DNA of 64,000 bases from Mobula hypostoma (Eukaryota), in assembly GCF_963921235.1 (NCBI RefSeq), contig NC_086108.1, forward strand, positions 38,938,001 through 39,002,000. The letters run 5' to 3'. The position numbers were made by a program, and so were the translations under genes. Shown in pieces: positions 38,089-51,949 of this stretch. Position 1 is the stretch's first letter. Each line of letters starts with the position of its first letter. The notes beneath the pieces are model-generated. The model was not told the DNA's origin. It did not search any database and saw only the letters and a program-made list of their open reading frames with translations.

Positions 38089-39099
38089 CAAAAGAATCTG
38101 ATGGCCTTCCTGGGACAAAAAAAAAGAATCTTATCTGTTGAACCAACTGATCATTACAACAGGATTTGCAACAACAATAAAATCAAACTACAATCATGCC
38201 ATCCATCATATCACAGGAAACTGTACTGTAAAATGTGTTAAGTTAAAAAAGAATTGTGGCCTTCTAAATATATTCAGAGATTAATTTTGGGAAGGACAGC
38301 ATTAGGACATAGTGCCTGACAAGCTGATCTGCATCATCTTATCACTTGTGGGAGGTGCCCCAATGGTAATGATACAGTACATAATGAGTATGAGCCAACA
38401 AGTAAAAATAATTTGGCCAATGGCTTATTGAGAATAGTGAAAACATACAGTAAGGTGCTTATGACACTTGATGTTAACAAGCAGCATCTAGGAGAGATGT
38501 GTCTTTAACAAACAACTCAATTATTTTAAGTTAAAATCAAATTATTTAATTGTAATCTAGAAAATTACATTTAAATATCTCTGAATTTTAGTGTTAGAAT
38601 AATAATTTCACTTCAAAAGCTTTCCAGGTTTGGTGGAAAACTAAGAAATTGGCTAGAATTCATTGGGTTGGTGCTATGGCACATACTAGATGGGGTGAAG
38701 GCCCAGTTTCTGTGCTCTATTGCTCTATAATTCCAATAGCTTTGCCTAATATTTTGAGCTAATTTTTTTTTACAAACTTATTAGTGAAAAAAATAGCTGT
38801 TGACTGGATTAACTCTTTATTGTACGGTGTTACAAGTCAGTGTTATCTTAACCCAGATCTACCTCCTGTGGGCACCCTTGGCAAAAGTTCCCTTCCAGCT
38901 TACATTCTTCAAAAATCCCAACACTTCGGCTATTAATTTGCTGCAAAATTTCTGAAGTTACTGACCTGCTCAACCAATCCCTCTTCTTTCATTGTTGAAA
39001 CTGAGATCTCACTGAAATGAGTGGAAGGGGCTCACAATCATCTTTTGAAGTGAATATTGAGACCATCTGGTCTACTGCTTCTCTTCCTGCACCTAACTC

Positions 39100-40380
39100 A
39101 CTTGGATAATCATCTGTTATTCCCTTTATCCTCAACTCCAAATGAGATTTTCCTCATTGTTACTTCTTTGAAATCACAAAATATTGAAATATTGAGACTC
39201 AATTTCTTCTCCCATGATGCACTATGCTACCAACCAGACAATTATCCTCTGTGATTTCTATTTATCTTAGTAACGGTGCCATGTCCCCTCAAAGCAGTCA
39301 TCATCACTCACCTATTTCATTCGCCTTCCTGTTCTTGCAAAATGCTATCCCATTTCCAATCTTCCCTTCCTCTCCAAAGTCTTTGATTGTGGTGTTGTTT
39401 CCCAGATACGTAGCCATCTTACCTGTAACTTTTTTTTAAATATATCTCCAGTCAGCAGTGATCAGTGTCATGATATGAATGTGACTCAAGTAATGTATTT
39501 GCCTTAGGCCTTGAAAACTACAATAGTCGACAACTTTCTTTCATCCAGTTCTATTCCAATTAATCATACCCAAACTATAGATATCAAGGTCTTCTCTTCC
39601 TGAGGTCAGTACAATATTTCTTGCATTTTCCCAAGGATCTAATCTAGTCCTTCTCCTCATTCTGTTCCATGCAATACCTCACATTTTTTGCAAACTCAAT
39701 GTCAGTTTCAATCCATGTGCAGATGACACGCGGGTTTCCTCTTACCCCACCTTTTCTGATCTCCCTCTTGCCTCTAAAGTGTAAAAATTTTTAAAGAAGA
39801 TGTAACATTTTCTACATTCAGCAGATATTTCTAACAATGGAAGGACCAAAGCTATTGCACTAGGCCTTCAAGACAAGACCTATTCCCTTGTCATTGCATT
39901 ATTCTTCTTAGAAACTGTCTAAATCCTGACTAAAAAGGTGTCATGTTTGATGCAAAGTTTTAGATCTCATATCCATACCATTTCTAAGACCCTTTATTTC
40001 CCATACAGTATGGTCTTAGGTCTTGCTTCCAACTGATCTGGAACCCGTAATGATCCTTTAGCATATTTAGACTGGATTAATCCAATGCAGTATCGACCAG
40101 GTTCCCTTGTCTAGACTCTGTAAACCCAAGGTCATTCATAGCTCTTCTGCCTCAGGTCCATCTCATACCAATCAGCTCTGTATTTGATGACTTAATCTTG
40201 GTGAAGTAGTGACTCTGTTTTACAATTCCCTGCTTTTTGGTTTCACCATTTTTCTTTCCTTCAATCGTGCTACTCTGTCCAAGTGTTTTGTGTTCTTCAA
40301 ATGCAGATTTGAGACACATCACCAATTTAAAATTAGCTTTCCCTCAGTTGCTGTGCCTTCACCTGCCAAGTCTAGAACTC
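39100..40380 (+). mobile_element. Highly degraded L2-like LINE remnant
   Basis: tgtgcagatgacac (xADD) at ~39716, aagaccaaagctattg-like and caatttaaaatt motifs; no ORF. Confidence 0.4.
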
Positions 40381-40437
40381 CGCAATTCTGACTACTTTGC
40401 CACACCCACCCCATACTTGCCTTTCTTTTTAAGGAAT

Positions 40438-40542
40438 GAAGGGTCCTGATAAAGGGTCTCGGCCCAAAACATCAACTATTTACTCTTTTCCATAGAAGCT
40501 GCCTGGCTTGCTGAGTTCCTCCAGTATTTTGTGTGTGTTGCT
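40438..40542 (+). repeat. Penelope-end-derived short element (single arm)
   Basis: gtcctgataaagggtctcggccc...gctgcctggcttgctgagttcctccagtattttgtgtgtgttg, matching 37980-38085. Confidence 0.7.
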
Positions 40543-42354
40543 CCTTTTTAAGATGCTCTTTAAACCGGCCAGTGTAGGCAACTAAAATCAAGATCAACTA
40601 TTACATTCAAATGGTGGACCTGCTATTTTAAAACTGACTTAGTTGATATGTTTTCCAACATTTATAAATCAGTCAGATTGAGCAATATCATTTTGATTTT
40701 AAGACCTGGCTCCTTAATATGCATTAATTAAATATTACTTTTGATTCAGAGATTTCAATCTCAAGATGTAATTTGAAGAAAATAAATAGTTTTGAGGCAG
40801 ATGGCTGAAGAAATAATGATAACATAAATACGTTATGAAGAGATTTGGTTTGGACAGTATTTATTCTCTGAAAGTTAACTGGTATTTGTGAATAATGATA
40901 AATTCAAAATTAAGCAGTTATTTCTGTAATACAGGTATTTACAAATCAGACACAATATGTATTATCTAGTACAGAAAATGGGAAAATGAAGAACAAATAT
41001 ATTTATCTGTTTATACCAACATCTTGGGATTCTTTTTTTCTATTTTACAGTGACTAGGTACTGTAGTTTTGTTTGAACAGCAGTGTCTTCCCTGGAATTA
41101 AAAAAAATGACCAGCACGAGCTATAAAATGCAAACTTGAAGTTTCAAGTTAATATAGTTAGGGTAAATTCCTTGAGTCACCTCATTTATTTTGGGAAAGA
41201 CTTTTATTTTTGTTAGAAAATACTCTATTATACAGTAATCCCAAAAAAGACATAATTCCAATCATTTTTCCTTTGTTGCTTCAAAGAATTACTATGAAGG
41301 AATATTCTGTGATATAATGTATGTAAATTTGAGTCTCACTTTACCTTATGAAATTGATAGAAAAAGTCACAGTTTATAAAATTGCACAGCTTGCATTACA
41401 CTAAAACCAACATCTATAGCAACCAAAACATTATTGCTTTCAGAATAGCTCTTTTCCTGTCCTGGTTTTGCATGTTTCCTTAAAGTATTTAACTGAATTA
41501 GGGGAAATATTATAGCACAAATGAAGCCTGCCTTTTCAACCCTACACTTCAAATTGAAATAGAAGTCAATTTCTTTAATATTTTACCTTAGGGTTAAATA
41601 TAAAATCCAATAAGTCTGTTTCTAAGATTTTTGAGTGCTGCTGTAATTGTGGGTCTACAGCTATCTTAAATTTTGTAAAAATAGTTTGAAAAACTCTGAT
41701 GTACATTGTGATCAATCAACATCACAAGGAAACCCAGATGTTTTGTTTCTCGAAGTGCCAATTTTCTTCAGATTTTTGTTTGTAATGTTTGTGCAATAAC
41801 TGTGCTGCAAAGTTACTGTACATTGCAAATATTAGAATGTTGTTTCAACCTCGTATTTGATTTTAAAAACAAAGTGTAGAAAATTGTCAATAAAGATATT
41901 TGATGTTTAGAGTAACTTAAATGACTGTACATAAATTGTGAAGCAGAATAAACTATCTTTCCCTAGTGAATAAATAATCATTTGTTATACACGGGTTTAT
42001 TTGCAAATATCTGTTACTACTTTACATTAAGAAAAACAGTTTGAACAGACTCACACTTTATCAGCTTAATAAAGCAATTGGTTAAAAACCTAAATCACAG
42101 TTTAGTTTTCACAAAAACATTTATGAAACTGTATATTATCTGGTGTTTGTTAATTTTATTTTTTTGAAGCATTTTCGGTAACAAACAGCATCTCCTGCTG
42201 AGTGCTGTGTGTACTTTATGCCTTTATGCAAGATTTGCGAGATGGAAGCTAAAGCCCAATTCCAGGTCCCTGTTCAGACAGAAGCTGAATTACACTGGCA
42301 ACTAAGTCATTCAGCTTCATCTAAATAAATGTACCCACCTACTGTACCCACCCC

Positions 42355-45300
42355 AACTTACTTCCAAGCACCTTAAAACTATGGCCCCTGAGTTAGCCAT
42401 TTCAGCACTGGGAAAAAGCATCTGGCTATCCACACAATCAATGACTCTCATCATCTTATACACCTCTGTCAGATCACCTCTCATCCTCTATCGCTCCAAG
42501 GAGAAAAGGATACGTTCATTCAACCTATTCTCATAAGGCATACTCTCCAATCCAGGCAACATCCTTATAAATTTCTTCTGCACTGTCTTTATAGTATCCA
42601 CATCCTGCCTATAGTGAGGTGACCAGAACTGAACACAGTACACCATGGGCTCTGACTAAGGTCTTATATAGCTGTAACATCACCTCATGGCTCTTGAATT
42701 CAGTCGCATGGTTGATGAAGGCCAACACCCTATACTCCTTCTTAACGACACTGTCAACCTGCACAGCAGCTTTGAGTGTCCTATGGGCATGGACCCCAAG
42801 ATCTCTCTGATCCTCCACACCGCCAAGAATCTTACCATAATATTATATTTTATCTTTAAATTTGAACAACCAGAATGAACCACCTCACACTCATCTGGGT
42901 TGAACTCTATCTGCAACTTCTCAGCCCAGTTCTGCATCCTATCGATATCCCGCTGTAACCTTTGACAACCCTCCAGACTATCCACAACACCCCCAACCTT
43001 TGTGTCATCAGCAAACTTACTAACCCACCCTCCCACTTCCTCATCCAGGTCATTTATAAAAATCACAAAGGTGGGAGGGGGGGGCGTTCTCCATGAGAAT
43101 ACAAACCATCTACAACTACCCATTGCCTTCTGTAGGCAAGACAATTCTGGATCCACAAAGCAAGGTCTCCTTGGATCCCCGGCCTCCTTACTTTCTGAAT
43201 GATCCTTCCCATGGCTCCTTCTTGTTCTCCTAATTTCACTCTTAAGCTCCTTCCTGGCAACCTTGTAATTTTCTAGAGCTCTAACAGCACCTAGTTTCTC
43301 GACCCTTTAATAAGCTTTTCTTTTCTTCTTAACTAGATTTTCTACATCCTTTGTATACCATGGTTCTTCTACCCTACCATCCTTTCCCTGCCTCAATGGA
43401 ACATACTTATTCTGAACGCCATGCAAATAATCCCTGAACATTTGCCACATTTCTGCCGTGAATTTCCCTGTGAACATCTGCTCCCAATTTATCCTCCCAA
43501 GTTTCTGCCTAATAGCATCATATTTCTCCCTACCCCAATTAAATGTTTTCCCAAATTGTCTGCAAATTGTCTCCAGCACGATGGTAAAGGAGATAGAGTT
43601 GTGCTCACTATCTCCAAAATGCTCTCCCACCAAGACCAGGTTCATTTCCCAATACCAGATCCAGTACAGCCTCTCCTGCAGTTGGCTTATCTACGTATTG
43701 CATCAGGAAACCTTCCTGAACACACCTAATAAGCTCCACCCCATCCAAACCCCTTGCTCTGAGGAGATGTCAGTCAATATTAGCAAAGTTAAAATCTCCC
43801 ATCACAACAACCCATTATTATTGCACCATTCCAGAATCTGCCTTCCTTTCTGCTCCTCGTTGTCTCTGTTACTCTTGGGGGGGGGGGGAGGAGGGTGTCT
43901 ATAAAAACACCCAGTTGAGCTATCGTTCCCTTCCTGTTTCTGATTTCCACCCACATGGACTCAGGAGACAATCCCTCCATGACTTCCTCCTTTTCAGCAG
44001 TCCTGACACTATCCCTGATTAGCAATGCCATGCCCCACCCCTTTTGCCTCCCTCCCTGTCTTTTTTGAAACATCTATAGCCTGGCACACTCAGCAGACAT
44101 TACTGCCTGAGACATCCAACACTCTGTAATGGTCATAATGTCACAGTTCCACGTATTGATCCATGCTCTAAGTTCATCCGCCTTGTTCATGATACTCCTT
44201 GCATTAAAATAGACACATTTCAAACCATCTGGCTGAGTGCATCTTTGCTCTATCATCTGCCTATCCTTCCACAGAAACTCCCTACGAGCTATCTCTACTT
44301 GTGTATCAACTGCCCCAGCCTCTGCCTCTTCACTTCAGTTCTCTCCCCACTGCAAATCTAATTTAAACCCCAATAGCATTAGCAAACCTCCCTCCCTCCC
44401 AGGATATGGGCTCCCCAACAGTTTAGGTGCAGCCCATCCCACTTGTAAAGGTCATCCCTTCCCCAGAAAAGGTTCCAATGATTCAAGAACTTGAAACCCT
44501 GCCCCATGTACCATCTCCTCAGCCACTCATTTGTCTGTGCTATCTTCCTGTTCTCACTTTCCCTAGCTCGTGGCACTGGAAGTAATCCAGAGATTACCAC
44601 CTTGGAGGTCCTGCTCTTCAGCCCCCTTCCTAACTCCCTAAACTAACTGCACAGGACCTTTACTGCTCTCCTGTCTATGTCATTGGTACCAATATGTATC
44701 ATGACCTCTGGACCCCAGCACCCAGGAGGCAACACACTATCCTGGTGTCGCTTTTGCTGCCACAGAATCTCCTATCTGTCCCCCTAACTATCGAGTCCCT
44801 TATGACTGTTGCTCCACCTGACTTCACCCTACCCTCTGAGGCTCAGAGCCAATCGCGGTGCTATTGGTCTGGCCGCTGCTGCCTTGCCCATATTGGTCAC
44901 CCCCCTCAGAAGTATCCAAAGGGGTGTACGTATTGCTTAGGGGAATGACCACAGGGGGATCCTGCACTGATTTCCTTCTCCCTTTACCTCTCTCGGTGTT
45001 CACCCATCTACTCCCTGAATTCTGCACTCTGGGTGTAATCTCCTGCTCAGATGTTGTATCTATCAATTGCTCTGCCTCCCAGATGATCCTTAGTTCATTC
45101 AACTCCACCTCCAGCTGCTTAATGTGGTAGTCATCAGGAAAGCCATTAGGTTCCTTCAATTCCCACATCCTACAGGAGGAGCCTTCCACTTCCATATATC
45201 TGCCATCTTGCCTGCACTGTACTATGGGCAACCAAGGCCAAATCAGCAATAACGAAAGGAAAAACCTACCCTTCTTTCCTGTTTATTTGGCTTTGGCCTC

Positions 45301-45660
45301 TTCTTGCTGAAGCCTTGAGTCAAAACCTCTAAATTACCACTCCAACGATGGCCACTCCAACAATGACCGCTCCACTAGACCATCTCTCTCTCTCTCTCTT
45401 ATGGTTTGAAAAATAAGAAAAATCCACACACAACAAGAAAAAGCTCACTGCATTTGGTGGTGCTCCGCCTGCCTTCCAATGCCGCCAATGCTTCTAATGC
45501 GTCCCACGCCTGCGCACTGGATACTGTTTTTAAGAAAACCCCCAACACAAGGAGAAGGAACTCACCACGTTTGATAGTGCTCCGCCTGCCTTCTGCTGCC
45601 ACTGATGCCTCTGATGCTTCCCACGCCTGCACATTGGCATCATATATACTTGCGCCTATA
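42355..45660 (-). mobile_element. CR1 LINE with internal deletion, including ORF1 and 5' UTR
   Basis: RT SKFADDTK (42680-43156), APE (YFNARSIMNK), ORF1 (44379-45249); RT N-terminal part missing near 43210; 5' end carries a ~115-bp tandem duplication (45404-45638). Confidence 0.88.
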
Positions 45661-48163
45661 TTCAAAAGCATTCCATGCTCCCTCTTTCAAGGCAAGCTAT
45701 CTTCTAGAAGCTGTGTTAGACAATAGAAGTAAGATATCAATATTGTTATAATTTCAATTGTGTGCACTTTTGTGTCACTATGCAAATTGGGCAGTGTGTA
45801 TATTGCCTTTTCCTTCTCCACACATAAAGGCACAAATTAGGAACAAGAGTAAACTGGAAATCTAAAATGTTCACTGTTTCTTTTTCCACAGGGCTGCCTG
45901 ACTTACTGAGCTTTTCTAGCATTTTCTGCTTTTATTACAAATTTCCAGCACCTGCAGTTTGTAAAAAGTTTTCACTGAGGTGGCTTGGAGCCTCAAGTCT
46001 GCTCCACCTATCAATGTATTGATATCTGATCCCACTGTAATCTCAAATCAACTCTACTTTCATTCCCTTGCTTAATAAATTTCGCTGGACTCTGCCTTTA
46101 AAGTATTCAGGAACTCTACTTCCACCACGCGAGGGTGGGACCTCCAAGGCCTCACTTTTTTGAAGCAGGGAGAATCTCTCCAACTGCAAATTTTAAAGGG
46201 ATCCGAAATGATTTTCACATTTGTTAAGGGTTGAATGTGAATGGAAAAGATATTAGACAATTGTGGATTTGAACTTCATGAATTTTATCATCCACGGCAT
46301 GATACAAACAGATCACGATTGCAGTTCTTAGCACCTGGCTCCTTCAAGATTCAAGTACGTTTATTATCAAATAACGTATAAATTACACAACCTTGGGATT
46401 TGCTTGCTCATGGGTAGCCACAAAGCAAGAAACCCGAAAGAACCTAATTTAAAGAAGAGAAAAAACAAAAAGACCAACACTCAATGTGTAAGAGAATGAA
46501 AAAAAAATTGCAAACAATTGAAGTGAACAACAGCATTCCAAACCAAAACTGAGCAACTGCGATACTTTCTAGTTTACATTTTATATGGGAGGTAACAGGC
46601 AATTTATCTCAACCTGAGCAAAAGCTGAGCATTCTAGACTTTACTGACAGTGGTGGACTTCCCTAGTAATTTCACTCTCCGGAATAGTCTTTACTCTTCC
46701 AAACATCCCCTTACTCCACGGCAGCAGTTGAAGGAGTGGGGGAGTGAGGGCTTTACAGTGGGGCATCAGGAGCTTGGGCTCTTCTCCTGAGAGGAGTAAC
46801 ATTCAAAATCACATAACATTTAGATGTTGCGAATAAAGAGAAGGCTTAGAAGCACAAAGATACAACAAGAGAGAGACGGGATTAAACAAAAGGCATTCGT
46901 TTTCATAGATATACAGCTTCAAATTATACCATACCTAAATGGTCATGTCCAGAACATGGATTAATCTCTTTCTTTTGTAAGTGATGTAGTTGAGAATCCA
47001 AATTCATTTTTTGATAAATGAGCTTTAGGAAAAAAAGCTTTCTCGTGCAATCAATAATATCGATCAAGAACACACAGCCTAGAAGTGTGACAGAAGTCAG
47101 GGCTTTCAAAAGCTATTTGTATAAGTATTACAAAGGAGAAAAATACATAGCTGCTGGAAAAATTAAAAAAAGCCAGGGAATTTAACTAACTGGATGTCCT
47201 TTACAAGAAGCTGGTTTGGGCTCAATATGTCAAATTATCTCTTTCTGTGCCATGGTTGTGATTGATTGAGACTGTTGTGAAGTGCTGGTGGTATAGTTAA
47301 TGGGGTAGTGTGCATGAGAATTAGAGATGTTTGCTAATGTGCTTACTGACCTTTACTATACAGGCAACATCAATGAAACCTTCTAGTGTAGCTTGCAGGG
47401 CATTGATGCTTCACCCCATGTTGACTAGGGTTGATGATGGATTTAGATGGATTTCTGTGGTCCTGGACATAGATGACTATTTCTCTCCCCTCCTATAAGC
47501 TAAGAAAGTTAGGATGGATTCTTGTCTGTGCTCCATCATGGCTTTCATGAACTCAAAGTTCAAAGTGAATTTATTATCACCAGATGCCACCATTAAATTC
47601 ATTATCTTGCAGGCATTCACAGTAGAACAAATAAGTACAATGGAATCAATGAAAAGTGACACACAGAGACTCACAAACTGCAAATATAGGAAACATGTAA
47701 TAAAAAATAAATAGATAGATAGATAAAACTGAGAATATGAGTTGTAGTGTTTGTGAAAGTGAGTCCATTGGTTGTGTTCAATGATTAGTACAATGTTGAA
47801 GCTAGTGAAGATGTCTGCGCTGGCTCTGGAGCCTGATGACTGACTGGTAATAACTGTTTCTGAATCTGCTCCTGTACCTCCTTCCTGATGGTAACAGCGA
47901 GAAGAGTGGGGGTCCTCAATAATGGATGCTTCTTTTTCATGGTAACTTGCTATGTAGATGTACTCAATGGTAGGGAGGGCTTTTCCTGTGATGAACTGGG
48001 CTATGTACATCACTTTTTGTAGGTTTTTCCATTCTTGGTCATTGCTGTTTTTATACCAGGCCATGATGCAACTAGTCAGGATACTTTCCATTGTGCATCT
48101 AAAGAACTTTGTCAAAGTTTTAGATGACATGCTGAATTGAGCAAACCACTGAGAAACTAGAGA

Positions 48164-48324
48164 GACACACAAAATGCTGGTGGAACACAGCAGGCCAGGC
48201 AGCATCTACTGGGCCCAAAACGTCGACTGTACCTCTTCCAATAGATGCTGCCTGACCTGTCACGTTCCACCAGCATTTTGTGTGTGTTGCTTGAATTTAC
48301 AGCATCTGCAGATTTCCTCGTGCT
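48164..48324. repeat. Palindromic Penelope-derived element with 14-bp target duplication
   Basis: acacacaaaatgctggtggaac...gcagcatcta / tagatgctgc...gttccaccagcattttgtgtgtgt; flanked by tgagaaactagaga (48150-48163, 48325-48338). Confidence 0.8.
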
Positions 48325-49235
48325 TGAGAAACTAGAGATACTGCCATGCTTTCTGTGAAATGTTATTTATGTGCTGGTCTCCGCATAGATCCTCTGATAT
48401 GAAAGTGCCCAGGACTCTACTGACCCTCTCCACCTTCAACCCTCTCATAAGCAATGGCTTATGGACCCCCAAATTCTTCCTCCTGTAGTCAATAATCAGC
48501 CCTTTGGTTTTGCTGACGTTGAGTGAGAGGCTGCTGTTGTGGCACTATTCAACCAGATTTACAATCTCACTCCTATATGCTGAGTTGTCACCACCTTTGA
48601 TTTGGTCAACGCCTCTGGTGCTGTCAGCAAACTTAAACTTGATGTTAGAGATCACAGTCATAAGCGTAAAGCATGTAGACCAAGGGGCTAAGCACTCAGC
48701 CTTGTGGTGCCCTTATGCTGACAGTAATTGTGGAGATACTGCTGCCAATCCATATTGACTGGGGTCTGCAAGTGAGGAAATCGAGGATCCAGTTACACAG
48801 GGAGGTATTGAAGCCAAAGTCTTGGATCTTATTGATTAATACTGAGGGGATGATAATGTGAAATGCTGAGCTGTAGTCAGGGAAGAGCATCCAGGCGTAT
48901 GTATCTCCACTGTTCAGATGTTCCAGAGCTGAGAGGAGAGCCAATGATATGGCATCTGCTGTTGACCTGATATGACAGTGGGCAGATTGGAGCTAATCCA
49001 AGTCGCTCCACAAGTAGCAGTTAATATGTTTCATGACCAACCTCTCAAAGCACTTCACCCCAGTGTATGCCTATAAAAAGTATTTACCCCATCCCCACCC
49101 CCAACAAGCGGTTTTCGTGTTTTATTGTTTTACCAGATTGAATCACAGTGGATTTAATTTGGCTTTTTCGACACTAATCAACAGAGAAGTCTTTTTCATG
49201 TCAAAATGGAAACAAATTTCGACAAATTGGTCCAA

Positions 49236-49500
49236 ATTTTTTTACTTTACTTTATACTTTATTGTCGCCAAACAATTGATATTAGAATGTACAATCATCA
49301 TCGCAATATTTGATTCTGCGCCTCCCATTCCCTGGATTACAAATCGACAGTAAATATTAAAAATTAAAATCATAAATTATAAATAGAAAATAGCAAAATG
49401 GAAAGTAAAGTAGTGCAAAAAAACCGAGAGGCAGGTCTGGATATTTGGAGGGTACGGCCCAGATCCGGGTCAGGATCCGTTCAGCAGTCATATAATTGTT
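49236..49500 (-). mobile_element. LINE 3'-end fragment inserted in the Tc1 TIR region
   Basis: Tail-like tttactttactttatactttatt followed by unrelated sequence that interrupts the symmetry of the Tc1 inverted repeat. Confidence 0.5.
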
Positions 49501-49930
49501 TAACATAAAATAATTGATTGCATAATTACTTACCCTCTTCAAGTCAGTATTTGATAGATGTGCCTTTGGCAGAAATTACAACCTCTAGTCTGGGTGGATA
49601 GGTCTCAATCAACTTTGCACATCTGGACACTGCAATTTTTCCCATTTTTTACAAAACTACTCAGACTTCATCAGGTTGCATGGGGATTGTGAGTGAACAG
49701 CCCTTTTCAAGTCCAGCCACAAATTCTCAATTGGATTGAATTCTGAAATCTGACTTGGCCACTCCAGGACATTAACTTTGTTGTTTTTAAACTATTCCAG
49801 TGTAGCTTTGGCTTTATGCTTGGGGGTCATTCTCCTGCTGGAAAACAAATCTTCTCCCAAGTCACAGTTCTCTTGCAGACTGCATCAGGTTTTCCTCCAG
49901 GATTTCCTTGTATTTTGCTGCATTCATTTT

Positions 49931-50540
49931 ATATATACCCAAAACGGCAGGAGGAGAGAGAGCAGTACACCGTGCCATTAAATAGGGGCTGTGGACAACT
50001 CTGATTTGATGGAGACAGACGTGAAAGCACAGAGGAACATCTGGAGAAATTTCTGAAATGCCAGTTCGCTGCTGTTGTTACTGCGTGGTCAGAAACCTTC
50101 CGGAGGGAAGGCCTCAAAATCCCCAGCTTTGCCTGCTGTTGGCGACCGAGATTGAGGTCGAATCGTTCGGACAGAGATGGTACTCAGTACTCGGTGTCGG
50201 AGAGCTGATCGGAGGCTCGAAGTTTTCGGATGACTCAGAGTAGGACTGTGGTCGGGCATGGCAGGGTGAGTTTTTCTTCCTTCTCCCGTCCGTGTGAGAT
50301 GTGGGACATTTGAGAGACTTTGAACTTTTTACTGTGCTCATGGAATTCTTCATCAAGTTATGGTATTATTGCACTGTTGTAACTATATGTTATAATTATA
50401 TGGTTTTGTTAGTTTTTTCAGTCTTGGTCTGTCCTGTGTTTTGTGATATCACACCGGAGGAAATATTGTATCATTTCTTAATGCATGCATTATTAAATGA
50501 CAATAAAAGAGGACTGCGCATCTTCATAATCTAATCTAAT
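49931..50540 (+). mobile_element. Non-autonomous retroposon (SINE-like) inserted in the Tc1 transposase
   Basis: CpG-rich 5' part, AATAAA then (ctaat)n tail; the flanks cattcatttta / cctctaccttca appear to rejoin as Tc1 sequence. Confidence 0.6.
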
Positions 50541-51949
50541 CCTCTACCTTCAGAAGCATTCCAGGACCTGCTGCAGTGATACATGCCTCATGGTAGGGGT
50601 GATGTGTTTTTGATGATGTGCAGTGTTCGGCTTACACCATACGTAGCATTTAGTCTGATGGCCAAAAGGCTCAATTTTGGTTTCATCAGACTACAGAACC
50701 TTCTTCCAGCTGACTTCAGAATGTCCCTCATACCTTCTGTTATCTCTAGCCAATTTTTTCCCAACAGTGGCTTTCTCTTTGCCACTCTTCCATCAAGCTG
50801 TGACCAGTGAAGCACCTCAGCAACAATTGTATGCACAGTCTCTCCCATCTCAGCCACTGAAGCTTGTAACTCCTCCAGAGTTGTCATAGGTCTCTGGGTG
50901 GCCTCCCTCACTGGACCCCTTCCTGCACGGTCACTCAGGTTTTGAGGAAGGCCTGCTCTAGGCAGATCTATGGGTGTGCCATATTCTTTCCATTGCTTGA
51001 TGATTGACTTAACTGTACTCCAAGGGATGTTCAGTGACTTGGAAATTTTCTTGTATCCATCCCCTGACTTGTGCTTTTCAATAACCTTTTCACAGAGTTG
51101 CTTGGAGTGTTCTTTTGTCTTTGTGGTGTAGTTTTTTCCAGAATACTGACACCAGCAGTTGGACCTTCCAGACACAGGTGTATTTTTACAACAATCAAAT
51201 GAAACACTTTGACTGCACACTGGTAATCTCTATTTAACTAATTATGTGAATTCTAAAACCAATTGGCTGCACCAGTGATGACTTGGTGTGTCATATTAAA
51301 GGAGGTGATTACTTACTCAGTCAATTATTTTGTGTTTTATATCTGTAATTAATTTAGATCATTTTGTAGAGATCTGTTTTCACTTTGAAACAAAAGTCTT
51401 TTTCTATTGATCTGTTTCAAAAAATCCAAATTAAATCTACTGTGATTCAATGTTGTAAAACAATAAAACATGAAAACTTCCAAGGGATGGGGTTGAGTAC
51501 TTTTTATAGGCAGTGTCAGTGCCTCTGGACAATAGTTATTGGGGCAGGTTATCGCTTTTTTCTTGAAGCAGATGGGTACCTCAGACGGCCGAAGTAAGAG
51601 TTTAAAGATGTCAGTAAACACTCCAGCCAGTTGATTAGCAAGGACTTCAGTATTCAACCAGATACACCATCTGAGCCAGATGCATTTTGTGGGTTCACCA
51701 TCCCGAAGGATGCTCTCACGCTGGCCTGAGACTAAAATCACAGGGTCATCGAAGTCTATGGGAGTTCATGAAGGTGCCTTCATGTTTTGTTGGTCAAAGC
51801 AAGCATAAAAGACATTGAGCTTGGTTTTGCACTGAAGGAGGCTATGTCATCCAAGCCCTGCCACAGCTGCTCAGCATTCTTCTGTGTTTTACGTCTGGTC
51901 AGGAATTGCCACCTCACATGTGAGATGGCTTTCCTGATCTCTGGGTTGC

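Larger units (their letters stand above)
49064..51515 (-). mobile_element. Tc1-family DNA transposon (defective) with long TIRs
   Basis: TIRs tgcctataaaaagta.../...tactttttataggca with extended inverted homology; ORF 50588-51220 KTKEHSKQL..GYKKISKSLNIPWSTVKSII..W (paired-like HTH of Tc1 transposase); carries two secondary insertions. Confidence 0.9.
47552..51910 (-). mobile_element. Rex1/Babar-type LINE, interrupted by a hairpin element and a Tc1 transposon
   Basis: Tail caaagttcaaagt at ~47553; KTLTKFFRCTMESILTSCI (47477-48205); [23 protein letters not shown] (48696-48944); resumes after 51515 with LAGVFTDIF..VPICFKK. Confidence 0.8.
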
